Part shown: piece by piece, positions 32,984-34,605 of the stretch | How positions within the stretch are numbered: position 1 is the first letter of the stretch | Layout: each line of letters begins with the position of its first letter | Translations under genes and position numbers: made by a program | The notes under the pieces: model-generated | Databases searched by the model: none | Seen by the model: the letters and a program-made list of their open reading frames with translations, nothing else | What the model was told of the DNA's origin: nothing | IMG/VR virus record: IMGVR_UViG_3300020045_005973 | Location: 1 to 34,605 of that record | Source: a virus | Lineage: Duplodnaviria > Caudoviricetes | DNA: 34,605 nt | Strand: one strand, 5' to 3'

Positions 32984-34497
32984 TGGGAGTACTCCGGATA
33001 AATGTTGCTGCGCTCGAAGGGGTCGTAGTCAGGGGCCTGGAACGGCTTTTCTATTTCCACCATGCCAGGAACCTTTTGGTACTCGAAGCTGGGAAAGGCG
33101 AAGGTGCAAGCTAAAGCATCTGCGACGTTAGGTGAGGGCACTCCCCTGGCCCTCATCTCCTTCTTGCTCTCCAGCTGGATCGCCTCTTTCGACGTGAGCG
33201 TGTAGGTCGGCGCAGTAAGCTCATCCGTGAGCACCACATTTTCCCCTGTTACGATGTTGGGAATTGAGCCGTGGATTAGCCAGTCCTTCATCGAGCCCCA
33301 AATCTCGGCCCGCTTATTCGCGTACTTCGTTCCGTCCAGCGCGAAGCCATCAGGCTTGGAGCCAAAGTCCACGCCTATGACCGGGATGCGAAGCTGCCGG
33401 AGGCGGTCCACCACGCCACCTCCGACACCCCCTTCGTCCACCATGCAGATCGTAGCACCGTGGCGCAGGAACGCTGCAGCCACTTTGCCGGCCAGTGTCA
33501 TGGTGTCGTCACCGTAATAAATCTCGATCGGCCGGCTCAGCCCGTCTCGTCCGCAACGAGGGTAAATGCAACTGGGGTCGTCACCGAACCGTCCAACGTC
33601 CACGCCGAGGACCACGGCACCACCCTGCGCAATGACTTCCCGTTCAACAGCGCCCATTGCAACGTCAAAGGCAATGAAGCTTTCCGCGTCGATCCGAGGA
33701 AATATCCCGCGCACACGAACGCGAACAAAGTCACTGTCTTCGCCATAGTCACTGATCCACCTATCCAGCTGCGACTTGTTGCTTATCGGTACTTCGCGGC
33801 TGTCAACTGCGGCACTGGCCCAGCGATGGGCGAAACGGCCACCAGCGAAGCAATCACGGAACCTGCCCTTGTTCCGGGTCGGATTGCCAAAGGCCATCCA
33901 GATGATCTGGGTGTCGCGGTCGGTAAGCGCGCCCTCGGTCACTTCCCATATAACATCAGGAATGGCCGAGCCTTCATCAAACACGACGAGGATGCGCTTG
34001 CCTTGGTTGTGCAGGCCAGCGAAGGCTTCAGTGTTGCGTTCGCTCCAGGCCACCATGTCAATCCGCCAGGTGCGTTCATGCAACGGGTCACGAGCGAAGA
34101 GGGCGGTAGCAGTCATGTGAAAGTATTCGCGGCCGATGAAGAGGCGGTGCCATTTGGCCACTTCGGCCCAGGTCTTGGTCTTGAGCTGGTTCTCGGTGTT
34201 GGCGGTGACTACGCCCTTGCAATCCTCATAGGTGGAGATTGCCCATAGGATGATCCATGCAACCAGTGCGGACTTGCCAATGCCGTGGCCGGAGGTGCGA
34301 GCGATCTGGATAGCTTGGGTTATGTCGATAAGGCCAGCGCGGAGGTCGGAGAGGACCGCAACTTGCCAATCCTGCGGGGCCTGTTCGCGTAGCTCTGTCC
34401 CCTCTTCGCCCCAAGGAAAGGCGAAGTAGACGAAGGCGACTGGGTCGGAAGAGAACTCCGCCAGCTGTTCAATTACGTCGAGGACCTGTGCTGCCAT
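32980..34497 (-). CDS. terL: Terminase large subunit
   Basis: Walker A SGHGIGKS, Walker B VVFDEG, GNPTR coupling motif, nuclease GVDVGRFGDD and SPNVADAL. Confidence 0.96.
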   Translation of the reverse strand: MAAQVLDVIEQLAEFSSDPVAFVYFAFPWGEEGTELREQAPQDWQVAVLSDLRAGLIDITQAIQIARTSGHGIGKSALVAWIILWAISTYEDCKGVVTANTENQLKTKTWAEVAKWHRLFIGREYFHMTATALFARDPLHERTWRIDMVAWSERNTEAFAGLHNQGKRILVVFDEGSAIPDVIWEVTEGALTDRDTQIIWMAFGNPTRNKGRFRDCFAGGRFAHRWASAAVDSREVPISNKSQLDRWISDYGEDSDFVRVRVRGIFPRIDAESFIAFDVAMGAVEREVIAQGGAVVLGVDVGRFGDDPSCIYPRCGRDGLSRPIEIYYGDDTMTLAGKVAAAFLRHGATICMVDEGGVGGGVVDRLRQLRIPVIGVDFGSKPDGFALDGTKYANKRAEIWGSMKDWLIHGSIPNIVTGENVVLTDELTAPTYTLTSKEAIQLESKKEMRARGVPSPNVADALACTFAFPSFEYQKVPGMVEIEKPFQAPDYDPFERSNIYPEYSQ

Positions 34498-34605
34498 CAC
34501 CCAATCCTATACGTGACAAAGGTGTTGGTAGCAGTTTTGCGGGTACGCCAGTTGGATGAAGTGTTTATGGCTGTTGTAGCCAAACCAATCCTAGTATGGC
34601 CAGTC
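34497..34605 (-). CDS. 3' end of a truncated CDS (possibly structural)
   Basis: Open frame ...WRTRKTATNTFVTYRIG* ending in TGA overlapping the terminase ATG; runs off the window. Confidence 0.6.
   Translation of the reverse strand, partial: TGHTRIGLATTAINTSSNWRTRKTATNTFVTYRIG

Larger units (their letters stand above)
1..34605. mobile_element. Partial genome of a podovirus-type tailed phage (BPP-1/epsilon15-like virion genes, family-A DNA polymerase)
   Basis: Contiguous terminase-portal-scaffold-capsid-tail tubular-ejection-fibre-lysis genes on -, replication genes on +; tight ATGA/TAATG gene overlaps; no cellular genes. Confidence 0.97.

Noticed and set aside
34581-34605. GTATGGCC near the window end as a third copy of the leader hairpin
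   Set aside because: Only ~8 nt match, lies within an open reading frame, and any partner arm would be outside the window

Overview
The whole window is most of the genome of a short-tailed (podovirus-type) dsDNA phage with a BPP-1/epsilon15-like virion module. It has two convergent arms. The + arm (71-9831) holds DNA metabolism genes: HIRAN protein, Fe-S PD-(D/E)XK nuclease, Sak4/AAA_24-like ATPase, SSB-like protein, ParB-methyltransferase fusion, family-4 UDG fused to part of a 3'-5' exonuclease, an NDT-fold (DUF1937-like) protein, family-A polymerase and a DUF3987-like P-loop protein. The - arm (34605-9828) holds terminase, portal, scaffold, capsid, decoration protein, tail adaptor and nozzle, ejection proteins (one with a lytic transglycosylase), tail fibre and an extended lysis cassette. 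Spanins imply a Gram-negative host. I found no RNA polymerase, integrase, reverse transcriptase, tRNA or CRISPR array. Best leads: (1) a polymerase split through its proofreading domain, with a co-varying non-canonical dNTP pocket (E710D/F762H/Y766F, E. coli numbering) and a base-hydrolase-fold gene in the split; (2) the only two cysteines in ~2,450 aa of ejection proteins face each other across one gene junction, suggesting a disulfide-stapled ejection chain; (3) a tail nozzle encoded as three genes with a foreign domain in the middle; (4) a duplicated leader hairpin and other long stems next to RBSs; (5) a recurring SLIG peptide in assembly proteins. All family calls come from motifs recognised by eye; no searches were run.
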